Source: Desulfosoma sp.
GTDB lineage: Bacteria; Desulfobacterota; Syntrophobacteria; Syntrophobacterales; DSM-9756
DNA length: 64,000 bases
Direction: 5' to 3'
Assembly: GCA_037481835.1 (NCBI GenBank)
Contig: JBBFKW010000003.1
Span: forward strand, 32,001-96,000
Shown: piece after piece, positions 29,181 through 39,896 of the stretch
Layout of the letters: each line of letters begins with the position of its first letter
How positions within the stretch are numbered: position 1 is the stretch's first letter
Notes under the pieces: model-generated
What the model saw: the letters and a program-made list of their open reading frames with translations, nothing else
Database searches by the model: none
Told to the model about the DNA's origin: nothing
Position numbers and translations under genes: made by a program

Positions 29181-30173
29181 TTGAAAATCGGGACGGTGTC
29201 CGTGCCGACCCCTTACGTCATGGCGCCCATGGCGGATTTGACCCACGCGGCCTTTCGGGATCTGGTCGCGGAATGGGGGGGCTGCGGGCTCTATTACACG
29301 GAGATGCTCAACGCCCGGATCGTGGCCTCTTCCGATCCGGCGCAAGACCCCTACTGTGCTCCCGGATTCCTAGACACGCCCCGTGCCGCCCAACTGGTGG
29401 GGGACGACCCTTCGGTGGTGGCCAAGGCCATAGAAAAATTGCAGGGTCTCGGTCGATTTGATCTCTTCGACTTCAACCTGGGCTGTTCCCGGGGCGTTCC
29501 GGCTCGATACGGATGGGGAGCGGCCCTCCTGAACCGCCCGGATCGGGTCCGAGAGATTGTCACCGAGGCTCGCAAGGTCCTTCGAAGCCCTCTTGTGGTT
29601 AAAATGAGGATCCCCGAAGGAAGTGGAAACAGCCTGGAACTTTGGGCGCACTGGTTGGCGGACTGGGGCGTGGACGCCGTGGTGCTCCATGCGCGCTATG
29701 CGCAGGATCTTTTCAAGAGGCCGGCCCGCTGGGAGGCCCTCAAGAGGTTCAAGAGAGTTTTTTCCAAACCCGTCATTGGAAACGGCGATGTGTTTTCGCC
29801 CCAAGATGCCCTGCGCCTGATGGAGGAGACGGGCTGCGACGGGGTCATGATCGGACGGGCGGCCCTCATGCGCCCCTGGATCTTTTCCGATCTCGACCAT
29901 TACGCCAAGACGGGCCGCCTTCCCGATCCTCCCGATGCGGCTGCCGTCGTGGTGCGCTACGCCGACTCCGTGGCCGCTCGTTTCGAGGAAAGGGAAGCCG
30001 TGCGGCGGTTTCGGCTTTTCGCTTTCTGGATCTGCCAGAATTTCTCTTACGGGGCCCATTACTTCCACACGGCCTGTCGGCGGCCGACCCTGCGGGCCAT
30101 GGTGGAAACCCTGCAAGGTTTTCTGTCCCGGGAGACACTCCCGGGTTACCCGGTGCGACCGTTTTTGATGTGA
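29181..30173 (+). CDS. tRNA-dihydrouridine synthase family flavoprotein
   Basis: MAPMA.LT..AFR, YTEM, QLVG, DFNLGC, GAALL, VKMR, HAR, IGNGDV, GVMIGRAAL.RPWIF. Confidence 0.85.
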   Translation: MKIGTVSVPTPYVMAPMADLTHAAFRDLVAEWGGCGLYYTEMLNARIVASSDPAQDPYCAPGFLDTPRAAQLVGDDPSVVAKAIEKLQGLGRFDLFDFNLGCSRGVPARYGWGAALLNRPDRVREIVTEARKVLRSPLVVKMRIPEGSGNSLELWAHWLADWGVDAVVLHARYAQDLFKRPARWEALKRFKRVFSKPVIGNGDVFSPQDALRLMEETGCDGVMIGRAALMRPWIFSDLDHYAKTGRLPDPPDAAAVVVRYADSVAARFEEREAVRRFRLFAFWICQNFSYGAHYFHTACRRPTLRAMVETLQGFLSRETLPGYPVRPFLM

Positions 30174-30199
30174 TCCTAAGAGGCCAAGGTGCGGGCCCT

Positions 30200-31726
30200 A
30201 TGAAAGAATCCGGAAAACCCACAAGCGGCGTCGCGGCGGAGGGGGCTGCACCCCGCGGCGTCAATTATTGGGCCCGCATCATAGGTCGGGAAGAACTGCC
30301 CGTCCTGCGCCCAACGGTCATGACCATCGCCCGGATTTTTTCCCAGGTGGGGGCATCTTCTTCCGCCATGGCGGACGCGGTCGCCAAGGATCCCTTCATG
30401 ACCGCACGCCTAATTCGGATGGCCAACAGCGCCTATTACAATCCGGGCTTGAAAAAGGTGAGCGCGGTCCAGCGCGCCGTGGTGGTCGTCGGGTTCGACG
30501 GCGTGCGGCATCTGTGTGTGTCTGCTCGTTTTGTGGAAGAAACCTACGCCGGAGACAGGTTGGAAGAGATTCTGCGCCGCATCGCCTTGAGCTACAAACA
30601 GGCTCTCATGGCCCAATGGCTCGGCGAGACGCTTCGAGACCCCGCACCGGAAGAGCTCTATACGGCCGGGTTGCTTCTGGATATGGGGCTGCTCGGCCTC
30701 CTGGGCGCGGTGCCGGCCGAAGCGGTGAGCGCCTTTAGGAAAAAAACCGCGCGGAGCCCCCTGCGCGAACTCCCTTTGGTGGAAAGGGAGGTTTTCGGAA
30801 TCGAATCGCGCCGGCTCACCGTAAAGTTGGCCGAGGAATGGACCTTGGGGGAACTCGTCAAGCGGGCCGCCCAGGAGCGGGAAGAGCCGGACCTGCGCGT
30901 CCAATGTGTGCGCATGGGCGCCGCCCTCGTCACAGCGTCGGCACGGGGTCCCGACTGCGAGGAAGGGGCCGAGGCCATCCAGGCGGCCTCCGATCGCCTG
31001 CGGATTTCCGAAGCCGCCCTCATGCGTCTGCTGGAAGCAGCCGAAAAAAGGGCCCGGGATTTTTCCCAAGAACTCGGTCTTGGTGCCGAAACGCCGCCGG
31101 AGGCCCGGGAGAGGCCGAGGCACAAAGCAGACGAATCGTCCCCGGCAGGAGCTCCGGCCGAGCCGCCTGTCCCCGACCTCTGTCTCGTGGGAGACGTCCC
31201 TTTTAGGCCCGCCGACCCTGCGCGACAGTGGGAGCTCCTAGACGACATCCTTGCCTACCTCGTGGGACAAAAGCGCGGGCACACCCAGGGGCTGTTGGAA
31301 CGCGCCGCGTGCGGCCTGATGGAAGGCGCCGGCCTGAATCGGATCATTTTCCTGAGGCTTACGCCCGATGGAAAATTCCTTGAAGTGAAAAGCCTTTACG
31401 GCGCCTTCGACCTCCGCTGGCAGGGGCTTCTCATTCCAGTAACCGCCTATCCCAACGCCTTCGCCCAGGTGCTCCAAGACCCCCCGTGGCTATGGATCCA
31501 CGAAAACAGCCCAGCGTCTCTAAAGGCCCTTATTACGCCGGAGGTATTGCAATTTTTCCCATCCCGGGAGCTTTTTGCGGGTCGAGTAGGGCTGCCGCCA
31601 CAACCCTTGGGGGTTCTGGCTGCAGGGCGTCATCCCGGGCCCCCTCCGTTGAACGAAGAGGCCTTTCGCACCTTTCGGCGTTTGTGCGCCCTCACGTCCC
31701 TGGGCGTGGCCTTGCTTCATAGCTGA
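30200..31726 (+). CDS. HDOD domain protein with C-terminal GAF-like domain
   Basis: ELPVL, DPFMTARLIRMANSAYY; degenerate GLLLDMG; C-terminal GLNRIIF..L..DG region. Confidence 0.75.
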   Translation: MKESGKPTSGVAAEGAAPRGVNYWARIIGREELPVLRPTVMTIARIFSQVGASSSAMADAVAKDPFMTARLIRMANSAYYNPGLKKVSAVQRAVVVVGFDGVRHLCVSARFVEETYAGDRLEEILRRIALSYKQALMAQWLGETLRDPAPEELYTAGLLLDMGLLGLLGAVPAEAVSAFRKKTARSPLRELPLVEREVFGIESRRLTVKLAEEWTLGELVKRAAQEREEPDLRVQCVRMGAALVTASARGPDCEEGAEAIQAASDRLRISEAALMRLLEAAEKRARDFSQELGLGAETPPEARERPRHKADESSPAGAPAEPPVPDLCLVGDVPFRPADPARQWELLDDILAYLVGQKRGHTQGLLERAACGLMEGAGLNRIIFLRLTPDGKFLEVKSLYGAFDLRWQGLLIPVTAYPNAFAQVLQDPPWLWIHENSPASLKALITPEVLQFFPSRELFAGRVGLPPQPLGVLAAGRHPGPPPLNEEAFRTFRRLCALTSLGVALLHS

Positions 31727-31761
31727 AAACGGCATGCGGCGCAGTCATCTTCCGAGGCCGC

Positions 31762-31788
31762 AAAAAAGCCCGGCTCAAACCGGGCTTT
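31762..31788. terminator. Probable bidirectional terminator
   Basis: AAAAAAGCCCGG-ctcaaa-CCGGGCTTT between convergent genes. Confidence 0.65.
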
Positions 31789-31871
31789 GCTGCCTCCCAT
31801 TAAATAGGTTTGGGAGGCCAACGTACGCTTTTCTTTAAGAGGGGCGGCCGTAACCGCCATCGGCACCAGAG

Positions 31872-32054
31872 CTAGTGAAGCGTTTCACCTTCCGGGAGTT
31901 CTTCCCCGGCATCGCGCGCCCATTCGGCATGGAGCCGATCGGCCCACACGTCACCACCGCCGCCTAAAAAGTCAGCCACATTTTCCACACCCCAGTGGGT
32001 CATCCAAAGCGGCCGACGCGCCTTTCGAAGTTCGTCTATATTCAGGGTCAGCAT
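31872..32054 (-). CDS. Hypothetical small protein (60 aa)
   Basis: AAGGAGG SD before ATG 32054; terminator downstream; no recognised family. Confidence 0.55.
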   Translation of the reverse strand: MLTLNIDELRKARRPLWMTHWGVENVADFLGGGGDVWADRLHAEWARDAGEELPEGETLH

Positions 32055-32400
32055 GGCCAACCTCCTTTGATTTCTTTGAGAATCCTTTCTCGTTCCTTCG
32101 TTGCCCATACATTAAGATCGGCTGTGCCGCCGTCAAGGGGGGCGACGCTTCCCAAACCGCGAGGCCCGCGGCGAACCTTATTGACAGAGCCGCGCCGGCG
32201 GTGCCATCATACAATCAATCGAGCGGCTTTGCCCTGTCCCCATCCATCGTGACTTATCCCCCTCGCGTTCCCTCTCCCGGACCTGCACCGGAAAGCAGAA
32301 GAGCGGTATCGAGCTTGTCCGGCGGGATTTTGGCACCAGGTTACTGAAGGGATCGGCGATTCCCCCAGGAACAGGGCCGTCTACGGACCGGAGGGACTGG

Positions 32401-34656
32401 ATGACGGAAAAAATCCGTGGGTTTTTCCTCATCGATTCCAAGCTGAACGTCATTCACGTAAGTGACGCCCTGGCGCAGGACTTCGGGCTCGCCCTCGGGT
32501 TCCGCGCCACGCGTTGGAGTGTGGAAAAGTTCCTGAAAAGCCTGGGCTGTCATGTCACGATTCGGGAAATCGCCGCCCACCTTCATCGCAATGCCCAAAA
32601 AACGCTGCACTGGCGAGGGCGGCCCGATCCCGAGGGCGATTCCTTGTCCGTGGTTCTGGAACCCGTTCCCATTAAGGACAAGGTGGCCTTTGTGGGCATG
32701 GTGGTGTCGGGGAATGCCGACACATCGGAAAGAATGTCGGCTTCCGCAGGCCACAGTGTGCTCCAATGGGCCATGGACAGCCTGCGCGAAGGGTTTTTCG
32801 TCGTGGAGGCCCGATCCAAGATTATCGTGTATGCCAACAACGCCTTTCACCGAAAGCGCGGCTTGAGGCCCCCCCTCGCCGTGGGCACCCCCTGTTACCA
32901 GGCTGTTCGAGGGCTGGAACGGCCCTGCGCCGCCTACGGCCGACCGTGCCCTCTCGAGACCTTGGGCCCGGACGGGCCCATCGCCTATTGCCCCAATGGG
33001 GATGGCCATCAAAACGGATCGGCGTTGGTGCACTTGAGTCCCCTGAGCGACGCAGGGGAGGGAAACTATGTGGCGGGCTTGGAGTGGAGTGGCATGGAAG
33101 GGGTCCCCGTGGATCCGTCCAACCGTGAGGGTCGATTCACAGAAGGCCGAGTCAGCGGTTGCGAACCCACCCTCGGCGGCCGGGCCCCGTCCTACCGAAG
33201 GTTGAGGGAAATCGTCGAAGAAGCGGCCAGGGCGGTGTCCCTGAGCGCCATGGTCCAGGCACTGACGGAGGCTTTACGGCGCGATCTCGGTCCGGTGGAC
33301 GTGATCTTCATTGTGCCGGATGCTGCGGGCAAAGGCCACCTGGTCGTCTCGGAAGCCCACGTGACGGACAGTCGGGTCTTACAAAATCTTCGAAATGTGT
33401 TTTCCGAAGGGGCCAGAGCGCGACCGGTCTTCGAGGCGTTCCACAGGGCGGCGCAGGGCGCAGGCGAAGGGGCGGCGGCCGAACTGAACAAGACCCTTGG
33501 GCCTTGGACCGGTCCCTTAAAAGTTCTCGGGCATGGAACCTTGGGGACTCCGGAAAGGCCTTCCGGCTATTACCTCGTGCTGTCCGCCGAGTCCCAAAGG
33601 CCGGTTCAAGACGTGCGTTGTTTCCTTGAAGCGCTCTTCGCCTTGATCGCCGGCCCCATGAAACGCCTCATCGTGGAAGAAGCCGCCGTTGAAGGCGCCT
33701 CGTTCCAGGAGGCGGACCTGTCCGGAAGGGACGGGATTATCGGCCGAAGCAAGGAAATGCGCGATGTTTACGAACTCATCGATCTCGTGGCCGCCTCCGA
33801 CGCCACCGTCCTCATCACCGGCGAAAACGGGACGGGCAAGGAGCTGGTGGCCCAAGCCATACACAACCGAAGCCACCGCAAGAAGGGTCCTTTCATCGTC
33901 GCCCATTGTTCCGCCTATTCGCCCACGCTGCTGGAAAGCGAACTGTTCGGTCATGAAAAAGGGGCGTTCACAGGGGCCATCCGCCGCAAGATGGGCCGCA
34001 TCGAAAGGGCGCAGGGCGGCACCTTGTTTCTCGACGAAATCGGAGACATCGCCCCGGCCACCCAGGTGCTGCTCCTTCGCTTTCTTCAGGACCACCGCTT
34101 CGAAAGGGTCGGCGGAGAAGCCACCTTGCAGGCCGATGTGCGGGTGCTGGCGGCCACCAACCGTAATCTCTTGGATGAAGTGGAAAACGGCCGGTTCCGG
34201 GACGACCTGTACTACCGGTTGAATGTCATCTCCATTCATCTTCCCCCTCTTCGGGACCGCAAGGAAGACATCCCGCTCCTGTGCCATTATTTCCTCAAGA
34301 AATACAGCGCCAAGGAAGGGAAACCCATCACGAGCTTTTCTTCCGGAGCGTTGCAGGCCCTCATGGACTACGATTGGCCCGGCAATGTGCGGCAGTTGGA
34401 AAACGCCGTGAGCCACGCGGTCATCCTGGCCCAGGAAGAGATCATTCGACGCCAACACCTGCCCCGTTTCCTCTTCCAGGCCCACGATCCTGCTCCGGCC
34501 GCCTCCCTGTCGGAAAACGAAAAAAGACTCATCCTCCAGGTCCTTCGCCAAACCCAGTGGAACAAACACGAAGCGGCCCGAAAGCTCCAAGTGAGCCGAA
34601 GCACCCTCTACAGCAAGATCCAGCGCTACGGTCTTCATCCGGAATCCGGCGTCTAG
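32401..34656 (+). CDS. Sigma54-dependent activator with PAS/GAF-like sensory region
   Basis: [45 protein letters not shown] with CYQ..RPC..RPCP. Confidence 0.9.
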   Translation: MTEKIRGFFLIDSKLNVIHVSDALAQDFGLALGFRATRWSVEKFLKSLGCHVTIREIAAHLHRNAQKTLHWRGRPDPEGDSLSVVLEPVPIKDKVAFVGMVVSGNADTSERMSASAGHSVLQWAMDSLREGFFVVEARSKIIVYANNAFHRKRGLRPPLAVGTPCYQAVRGLERPCAAYGRPCPLETLGPDGPIAYCPNGDGHQNGSALVHLSPLSDAGEGNYVAGLEWSGMEGVPVDPSNREGRFTEGRVSGCEPTLGGRAPSYRRLREIVEEAARAVSLSAMVQALTEALRRDLGPVDVIFIVPDAAGKGHLVVSEAHVTDSRVLQNLRNVFSEGARARPVFEAFHRAAQGAGEGAAAELNKTLGPWTGPLKVLGHGTLGTPERPSGYYLVLSAESQRPVQDVRCFLEALFALIAGPMKRLIVEEAAVEGASFQEADLSGRDGIIGRSKEMRDVYELIDLVAASDATVLITGENGTGKELVAQAIHNRSHRKKGPFIVAHCSAYSPTLLESELFGHEKGAFTGAIRRKMGRIERAQGGTLFLDEIGDIAPATQVLLLRFLQDHRFERVGGEATLQADVRVLAATNRNLLDEVENGRFRDDLYYRLNVISIHLPPLRDRKEDIPLLCHYFLKKYSAKEGKPITSFSSGALQALMDYDWPGNVRQLENAVSHAVILAQEEIIRRQHLPRFLFQAHDPAPAASLSENEKRLILQVLRQTQWNKHEAARKLQVSRSTLYSKIQRYGLHPESGV

Positions 34657-35344
34657 AATGTGGATTGTAGGGTCTGAAATAGGACAAATATTCTATCAAG
34701 CGTATTATCCGGCTCTTGTATCCACTAGAGCGAGTCATGGCGTCGGATTCCGGTCGATCCGGCGGGCCTGCGAGCCCCCTTCAACCGGGGGGATGGGGGC
34801 GGCCCGAGCCCGGAGGACTTTTCAAGGTCTTGAAAACATGCGGAGAAAGAATGCGTGAAATGAAGCACAACATAAGAGGCGTGGGCTGGCTCGGATTTTG
34901 TATAAAGTAAACGGACGATGATTCAGCGTGGTGGTCACGGCATGCGGATGGTTCCAGGAGCCGGAGCACTTCGGGCAGAAGCCCACTGTCCCATTCCTTC
35001 TCTTCACGCGATGCGGCGCATCCATTCCTGATTCCCAATCCTACGGCGGATCTTTTTCCACGGCGGTAAGCAAGCGGTCGCGTTGGCGCGCGAAAGCGCA
35101 CGGCGCATCGTGCGCCGTTTGAACGTTCCCTTGTTCGCCGCCCATGGGCGGGCAAGGGGCCGCGGAAGAGGCGTCATTCCCTTGAGAATCCCAAGGTGTC
35201 CAAATTTATAAGGAAGGGGGGTGGGAGTCGGCCAAAGAGCCTCACGAAGCGTGGGGAACCCGGGAAAGCGGCGGAAATCCCGGATCCCGAAAGTTGCAGC
35301 GAGAACGTGGTGGGGATGGTTCCGGAACTCAAGGAGGTTAAAAG

Positions 35345-36832
35345 ATGGCGAAAAAAGTTCGCGAAGTGGAAATTAACAGTCGGGAGGATACCCTGACATT
35401 GATGGGGCCGGATGTTCGGCCGTGGCCGGTCACGCCGCCTCCGTCCCCGGAGGAAGTGGCCGCCGTCTATGCCCGCAGGAAGGCGGAGGAGTTCGGCAAG
35501 TGGTGCGAGGACAATCTGCGCATCGAATATGCCAAGGGAAAACCCGAGGCCCTTCAGGGCGTGCGGGTCCTTTCCTGCGGCCTGTGGCGCATGGGCCATA
35601 AGTTCGCCGCGGGCCTTCTGGGGGAGCTGGGAGCGGAAGTGATTAACGTGGAGCCGCCCGAAGGGGATCCGCTCCGGAAGCTCACGCCCTTCGGCCGCGA
35701 AGAATACATGCTGGAAGACAAAAACGGCGACAAGTGCGGCTTGGATTTCATCCATGAACTGCGAAACGCCTATTCCGTGACCCTCAACCTGGAAACGGAA
35801 AAGGGCCGGGAACTCTACACCAAGCTCGCACAGCACGCCGACATCCTCATCGAGGAATACCCGCCGGGCTACATGGACCAACTGGGCATCGGATACCGGC
35901 AGCTGTCCCAGATCAACCCCAGGCTCATTTACTGCTGGATCGGCGAACACGGCCAGTGGGGGCCCATGAAAGACAAGGTTTCCAAGTACGGCCAGTGGAT
36001 GCTCGATCCCTTCGGCCAAGCGGCCTGCTCCTTCATCCACAACACGGGCTTTCCCGAAGACCTGCTCCCTCGCGGCAAGGGCGGCGATCCCACCCGTTCC
36101 GGGGTGTGGTTTGCCGACTACGTGGCCGGGGAACAGACGGCGGTGAACGCCCTGGCGGCCCTTTTCTGGCGAGACGAGTTCAGCGGGGAAGGCCAGTTCA
36201 TCGAGACCACGGCCGCCGAAGCCCTTATGGACATTCTGGACTTCGACATCACGTGGTACGGGTTCAACAAGAGCATCAAGGCCCGAACGGGCGGTTGGGA
36301 CCCCAACTTAAACCAGTACGCCTGGAACCCGTGTAAAGACGGCTACATGATGATCGGCGGCCAGACGGACCGCCTGTGGTACCGCATCGGCATGTGCATC
36401 GAGCGGGAGCTGCCCATCTTCGGGCGCCTTATCCACGAAGACCCGCTCTTGAAAGAAATGGCCGCCCGCAACGCCCTCCAGGCCCTCACCAAAACCTACA
36501 CCATGACCACCATGTGGCTGAGGAACATCAACCGCGTGGAAGCCGAAGAAAAACTTATGCAGTACGAAATCGCGGCCGGTCCGCTGCTCTACATCGACGA
36601 AGTGGCCGAGTTCCCGCACTTCAAGTATCGGCCGTGGGTGAACGTGCTGGAAGATGAGGAATACGGCACCCTCATGTATGCCGAGTCCACCAACGCCTAC
36701 CAGATGCGGACTCCGGCCCGCGTGAAGTGGCTCGGGCGGCCTCTGGGCAAGGACAACGCCGAGATTTTCATGAAATACATCGGCTTGGGGCAAACCGAAT
36801 TGAGGGAACTCAAGGAACAAGGAGTGGTCTAA
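35345..36832 (+). CDS. Family III (CaiB/BaiF) CoA-transferase, A
   Basis: [30 protein letters not shown]...GRE, PG.MD.LG.GY..L..INPRLIY, FADYVAG; AAGGAGG SD. Confidence 0.88.
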   Translation: MAKKVREVEINSREDTLTLMGPDVRPWPVTPPPSPEEVAAVYARRKAEEFGKWCEDNLRIEYAKGKPEALQGVRVLSCGLWRMGHKFAAGLLGELGAEVINVEPPEGDPLRKLTPFGREEYMLEDKNGDKCGLDFIHELRNAYSVTLNLETEKGRELYTKLAQHADILIEEYPPGYMDQLGIGYRQLSQINPRLIYCWIGEHGQWGPMKDKVSKYGQWMLDPFGQAACSFIHNTGFPEDLLPRGKGGDPTRSGVWFADYVAGEQTAVNALAALFWRDEFSGEGQFIETTAAEALMDILDFDITWYGFNKSIKARTGGWDPNLNQYAWNPCKDGYMMIGGQTDRLWYRIGMCIERELPIFGRLIHEDPLLKEMAARNALQALTKTYTMTTMWLRNINRVEAEEKLMQYEIAAGPLLYIDEVAEFPHFKYRPWVNVLEDEEYGTLMYAESTNAYQMRTPARVKWLGRPLGKDNAEIFMKYIGLGQTELRELKEQGVV

Positions 36833-36833
36833 G

Positions 36834-38246
36834 ATGAAAGATCAGCGAGTGACCCGAATCGAAGATCTGCCGGGGCCCAAGAGTCAGGGGGAACTGGAAG
36901 AGATGAAGATGCCCTATGAGGAGTATTGCCGGAAGGTCTTCGCCCCGGGGCAGGAGAAGACCAAGCCGGAATCCCTCAAGGGCATCCGGTGGCTCAGCAC
37001 CACCATGTACATCTTCACGCCCCACTCCGTGGCCAACCTGGCCGAACTGGGGGCGGAATGCATCAAGGTGGAGATGCCGCGCATGGGCGACCCCATGAGG
37101 CACACGTCGCCCTTCAATGAGTGTTATCTCTATCCGCTCCATGACAGCCGTCCCATGACGGGAACCGGCCTGGGGTTCACCAACGCCAACCCCAACGAAT
37201 ACTACATCTCCATGGACTATCACGTGCCGGAGATGAAAGAAGCTTTTTACCGGCTCGTGAAACTGTCCGACGGCCTGACCGAATGTTACCGCCCCGGAAC
37301 TTTCGACCGCTGGAAACAGAGCTACCGGTATCTCCAGGAGCTCAATCCGCGGTTCATCTACGTCTGGGGCGGCGGTTTCGGTTACGGCCCCAAGGTCTTC
37401 GGCGGCTCCTACGACATCCTCGGGCAGGCCCACGCCGGCTTGGCCAGCGTCACGGGCTTCCATGAAGACTTCGGCGGCCACTGCACCAAGCACTCCAACT
37501 GGTGTATCGACTGGTATTCGGGAACCCAGATCACGGTGGCCATCTTGGCGGCCCTGTATTGGCGCCGCAAGACGGGTCTGGGCACCATGATCGAATTTTC
37601 TCAGGTCCAGGCGGCCACCCGTTGCCTCGGCTACACGGTGCCTCTCTACGGCCGGTTCGGCATCGTCCGCCAACGGTGGGGCAACTGGGATACCCAGCTG
37701 TGCGTCCACGGGATCATCCTGTGCGGCAAGAGCGATTATCCCGATGAGCCCAACCCGCAGCTCAAGTACGAAGCCCGCTACGCCGTGGTGAGCGCCTTCA
37801 ACGATCCGGACTTCAAGGAACTGTGCGCCATCATCGGCCGAAATGACCTCTGGGATCAGTACAAGACCCTGCAGCAGCGTGTGCGGCCTCAGGCCCAGAT
37901 CGCCATTTACAAGGCCCTGGAAGAGTGGGCGGCGGACAAGACCCGCTCCCAGGTGGTGAAAACCTTGACCGACGCCGGGCTCCTCGCCATGCCCGTCATG
38001 AACGACAAGGAAGTGTACGAGTGCGAGCACTTCCGTCAGAGGGGCACCATCCGGTGGCTGGATGATCCGGTCTTCGGCGATGTGCTCATCCAGAGCGGCT
38101 ACAGCTGCGGCCTCATGAGCAAGACCCCTCGCCGGGTCAACTGGATCTGGCGGCCGGTGGGGGCCGACAATGTGAAGATCTACCACGAAATGCTCGGGTA
38201 CCCCATGAGCAAGATCGAAGAGTGGTACGAAAAGAACCTCATCTAG
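36834..38246 (+). CDS. Family III (CaiB/BaiF) CoA-transferase, B
   Basis: [55 protein letters not shown]. Confidence 0.88.
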   Translation: MKDQRVTRIEDLPGPKSQGELEEMKMPYEEYCRKVFAPGQEKTKPESLKGIRWLSTTMYIFTPHSVANLAELGAECIKVEMPRMGDPMRHTSPFNECYLYPLHDSRPMTGTGLGFTNANPNEYYISMDYHVPEMKEAFYRLVKLSDGLTECYRPGTFDRWKQSYRYLQELNPRFIYVWGGGFGYGPKVFGGSYDILGQAHAGLASVTGFHEDFGGHCTKHSNWCIDWYSGTQITVAILAALYWRRKTGLGTMIEFSQVQAATRCLGYTVPLYGRFGIVRQRWGNWDTQLCVHGIILCGKSDYPDEPNPQLKYEARYAVVSAFNDPDFKELCAIIGRNDLWDQYKTLQQRVRPQAQIAIYKALEEWAADKTRSQVVKTLTDAGLLAMPVMNDKEVYECEHFRQRGTIRWLDDPVFGDVLIQSGYSCGLMSKTPRRVNWIWRPVGADNVKIYHEMLGYPMSKIEEWYEKNLI

Positions 38247-38262
38247 AGGGGAGGAGCGGCCG

Positions 38263-38730
38263 ATGTGTGACATCATTTGGTGCAAAGAGTGTGATACGGT
38301 CAATTACCTGGATCCGTATTACTTCTGGAATTGGGAAGGCAAGATCAAGTGTGCCGGCTGTGAAAACGTCTATTACATTTACATGATCCAGGGGCACATG
38401 TACAAAGGGCCGGACAAAAAACCCGGGGAAAAGCCGGACATTCTGCCCGTCTACGCAGACAAACCCAACGACGGCTATGAACAGATCCTTCCCGGAACGC
38501 CGGGGAAGACCCGTCCTTACAACTGCTTGCCGCGCCACATCTACCTGGGCCGGGCCGACATGGTGAAATTCAGCGCCCGAGGCCGCCCCGTGCGCGGGTG
38601 GCGTCCCCAGCCGCCGTCCACGGGTGTGGCGGGATCCTGCGGCTTTACGTGGGATATCCAAAAACTTTCGCCTGAAGTGTGGCAGGAATACCAGGAAAAG
38701 ATCAAAAAGGGCGAAGTGGGTGAGTGGTAA
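38263..38730 (+). CDS. Hypothetical protein with N-terminal CxxC...CxxC zinc ribbon
   Basis: CKEC-x19-CAGC; GGAGGAG SD; strong GC3 codon bias like its neighbours. Confidence 0.8.
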   Translation: MCDIIWCKECDTVNYLDPYYFWNWEGKIKCAGCENVYYIYMIQGHMYKGPDKKPGEKPDILPVYADKPNDGYEQILPGTPGKTRPYNCLPRHIYLGRADMVKFSARGRPVRGWRPQPPSTGVAGSCGFTWDIQKLSPEVWQEYQEKIKKGEVGEW

Positions 38731-38750
38731 AAGAAAGGAGTGGTGCGACC

Positions 38751-38978
38751 ATGGCAGAGTTGACTCCCCGGCAATTTCTCGACACCGTCCTGGTGCCCGA
38801 GAAGCAGAGCGACCATATTTGCTGGCAGTGCCTCCATCTGAAACCGGCCCTCAAGGGGTCCAAGTTTCCTCCGGCCGACATCATCGGCTGGTGCAAGAAG
38901 ATTCACTGGCCTCACTATTGGTGTGTGGCGGACTTCAACGTGGTGAAAAAATGCTTCGCCTTTGAAGCCAAACAGTAG
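38751..38978 (+). CDS. Small Cys-rich protein, possible [4Fe-4S] binder
   Basis: CWQC-x20-C-x19-CFAF; AAGGAG SD. Confidence 0.72.
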   Translation: MAELTPRQFLDTVLVPEKQSDHICWQCLHLKPALKGSKFPPADIIGWCKKIHWPHYWCVADFNVVKKCFAFEAKQ

Positions 38979-38985
38979 GACGGCC

Positions 38986-39282
38986 ATGCACGAAGCAATG
39001 TTGGAACAGGCACGGATCTTTGCGGCCCAGGAACTGGAACGGCTCAAGTCCATGGTGCTCACCTGGAAGGCCAGCTACCTGGACATGGCCGACGGCGACG
39101 GCCACGATGATTTCCTCGTGTTGGAATTCGCCCACGAGATCGAGGAATACATGGGCCCATTCGTCCGGCGGATGCACATGACCCAACAGTTGGACGACGA
39201 TCAGGTGAGCGCCTTTTGGGACTTTTGTTACGGGCAGGTCAAGGACCTGCGGTCGTCTCTATCGACGCAAGAGGAGGGTTAG
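38986..39282 (+). CDS. Hypothetical acidic helical protein
   Basis: 98-aa ORF filling the gap between coupled genes. Confidence 0.7.
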   Translation: MHEAMLEQARIFAAQELERLKSMVLTWKASYLDMADGDGHDDFLVLEFAHEIEEYMGPFVRRMHMTQQLDDDQVSAFWDFCYGQVKDLRSSLSTQEEG

Positions 39283-39283
39283 C

Positions 39284-39703
39284 ATGCCCGAAAAATGCCG
39301 AGTGAGCGTGTGCGGATTCGACCCCATGCTGGTCCGGGGTTATGTGAAGACGGGCTACAGGGCCCTGTGGTGGTACTTGCCGGATGACGTCTACAACGAC
39401 TTCAAGGTCAAACCCGGCGACAAGGTCATCGGACGGCTCCTGGCGGTCTACAACCCCAAGGGGGAAAAGACGGCGGAGCCCAACGAAGATTTTCGTTGGG
39501 AAGCCAGCAAGGAAACGGGCTACGCCGTGCTGCTGCCGCCCGAGGTCATCACCAAGTACGAACTCACCGAGTTTCATTTCATCGAGCTCGTGATCAACAA
39601 GATCAACGAAGCCGATGTCTATCCCGGTGAGGAAAAGAAAACCAAGTGGTGGCCGAAGGAAAAAATGAAACTGAGCTATTTCCTGCCCTACGCGGCGCCG
39701 TAA
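39284..39703 (+). CDS. Hypothetical protein
   Basis: 139-aa ORF with GAGGAGG SD and strong codon bias. Confidence 0.8.
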   Translation: MPEKCRVSVCGFDPMLVRGYVKTGYRALWWYLPDDVYNDFKVKPGDKVIGRLLAVYNPKGEKTAEPNEDFRWEASKETGYAVLLPPEVITKYELTEFHFIELVINKINEADVYPGEEKKTKWWPKEKMKLSYFLPYAAP

Positions 39704-39896
39704 GACACGGTGGGGAAAGCCGTCGATGGTGCGGGCGCGCTCCGTGACAAGCGGCCTTCCCCATGCAAACGTCGCCCGGGTCGCCGACTCTGTGAACCCA
39801 GCGGGTCGGCGGCCCGCCGCGCGCTTCCCTCCCTGACGGGAATCCTGCCGCTGCTCCGAGAAACTGGATGATTATCGGTGACGACGTGAGTTCGAA

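Noticed and set aside
32192..32206. Minus-strand TGGCAC-N5-GCGC as sigma54 promoter of the small ORF
   Set aside because: Poor -12 element in GC-rich DNA, and it overlaps a plus-strand TTGACA candidate
35084..35115. Sigma54 promoter for the CoA-transferase operon
   Set aside because: Only a bare GG-N10-GC match with no TGGCAC or TTGC context
35224..35330. Cobalamin-riboswitch-like GGGAA...AATCCC in the leader of the CoA-transferase operon
   Set aside because: No B12-box or other conserved elements recognised; needs an Rfam scan
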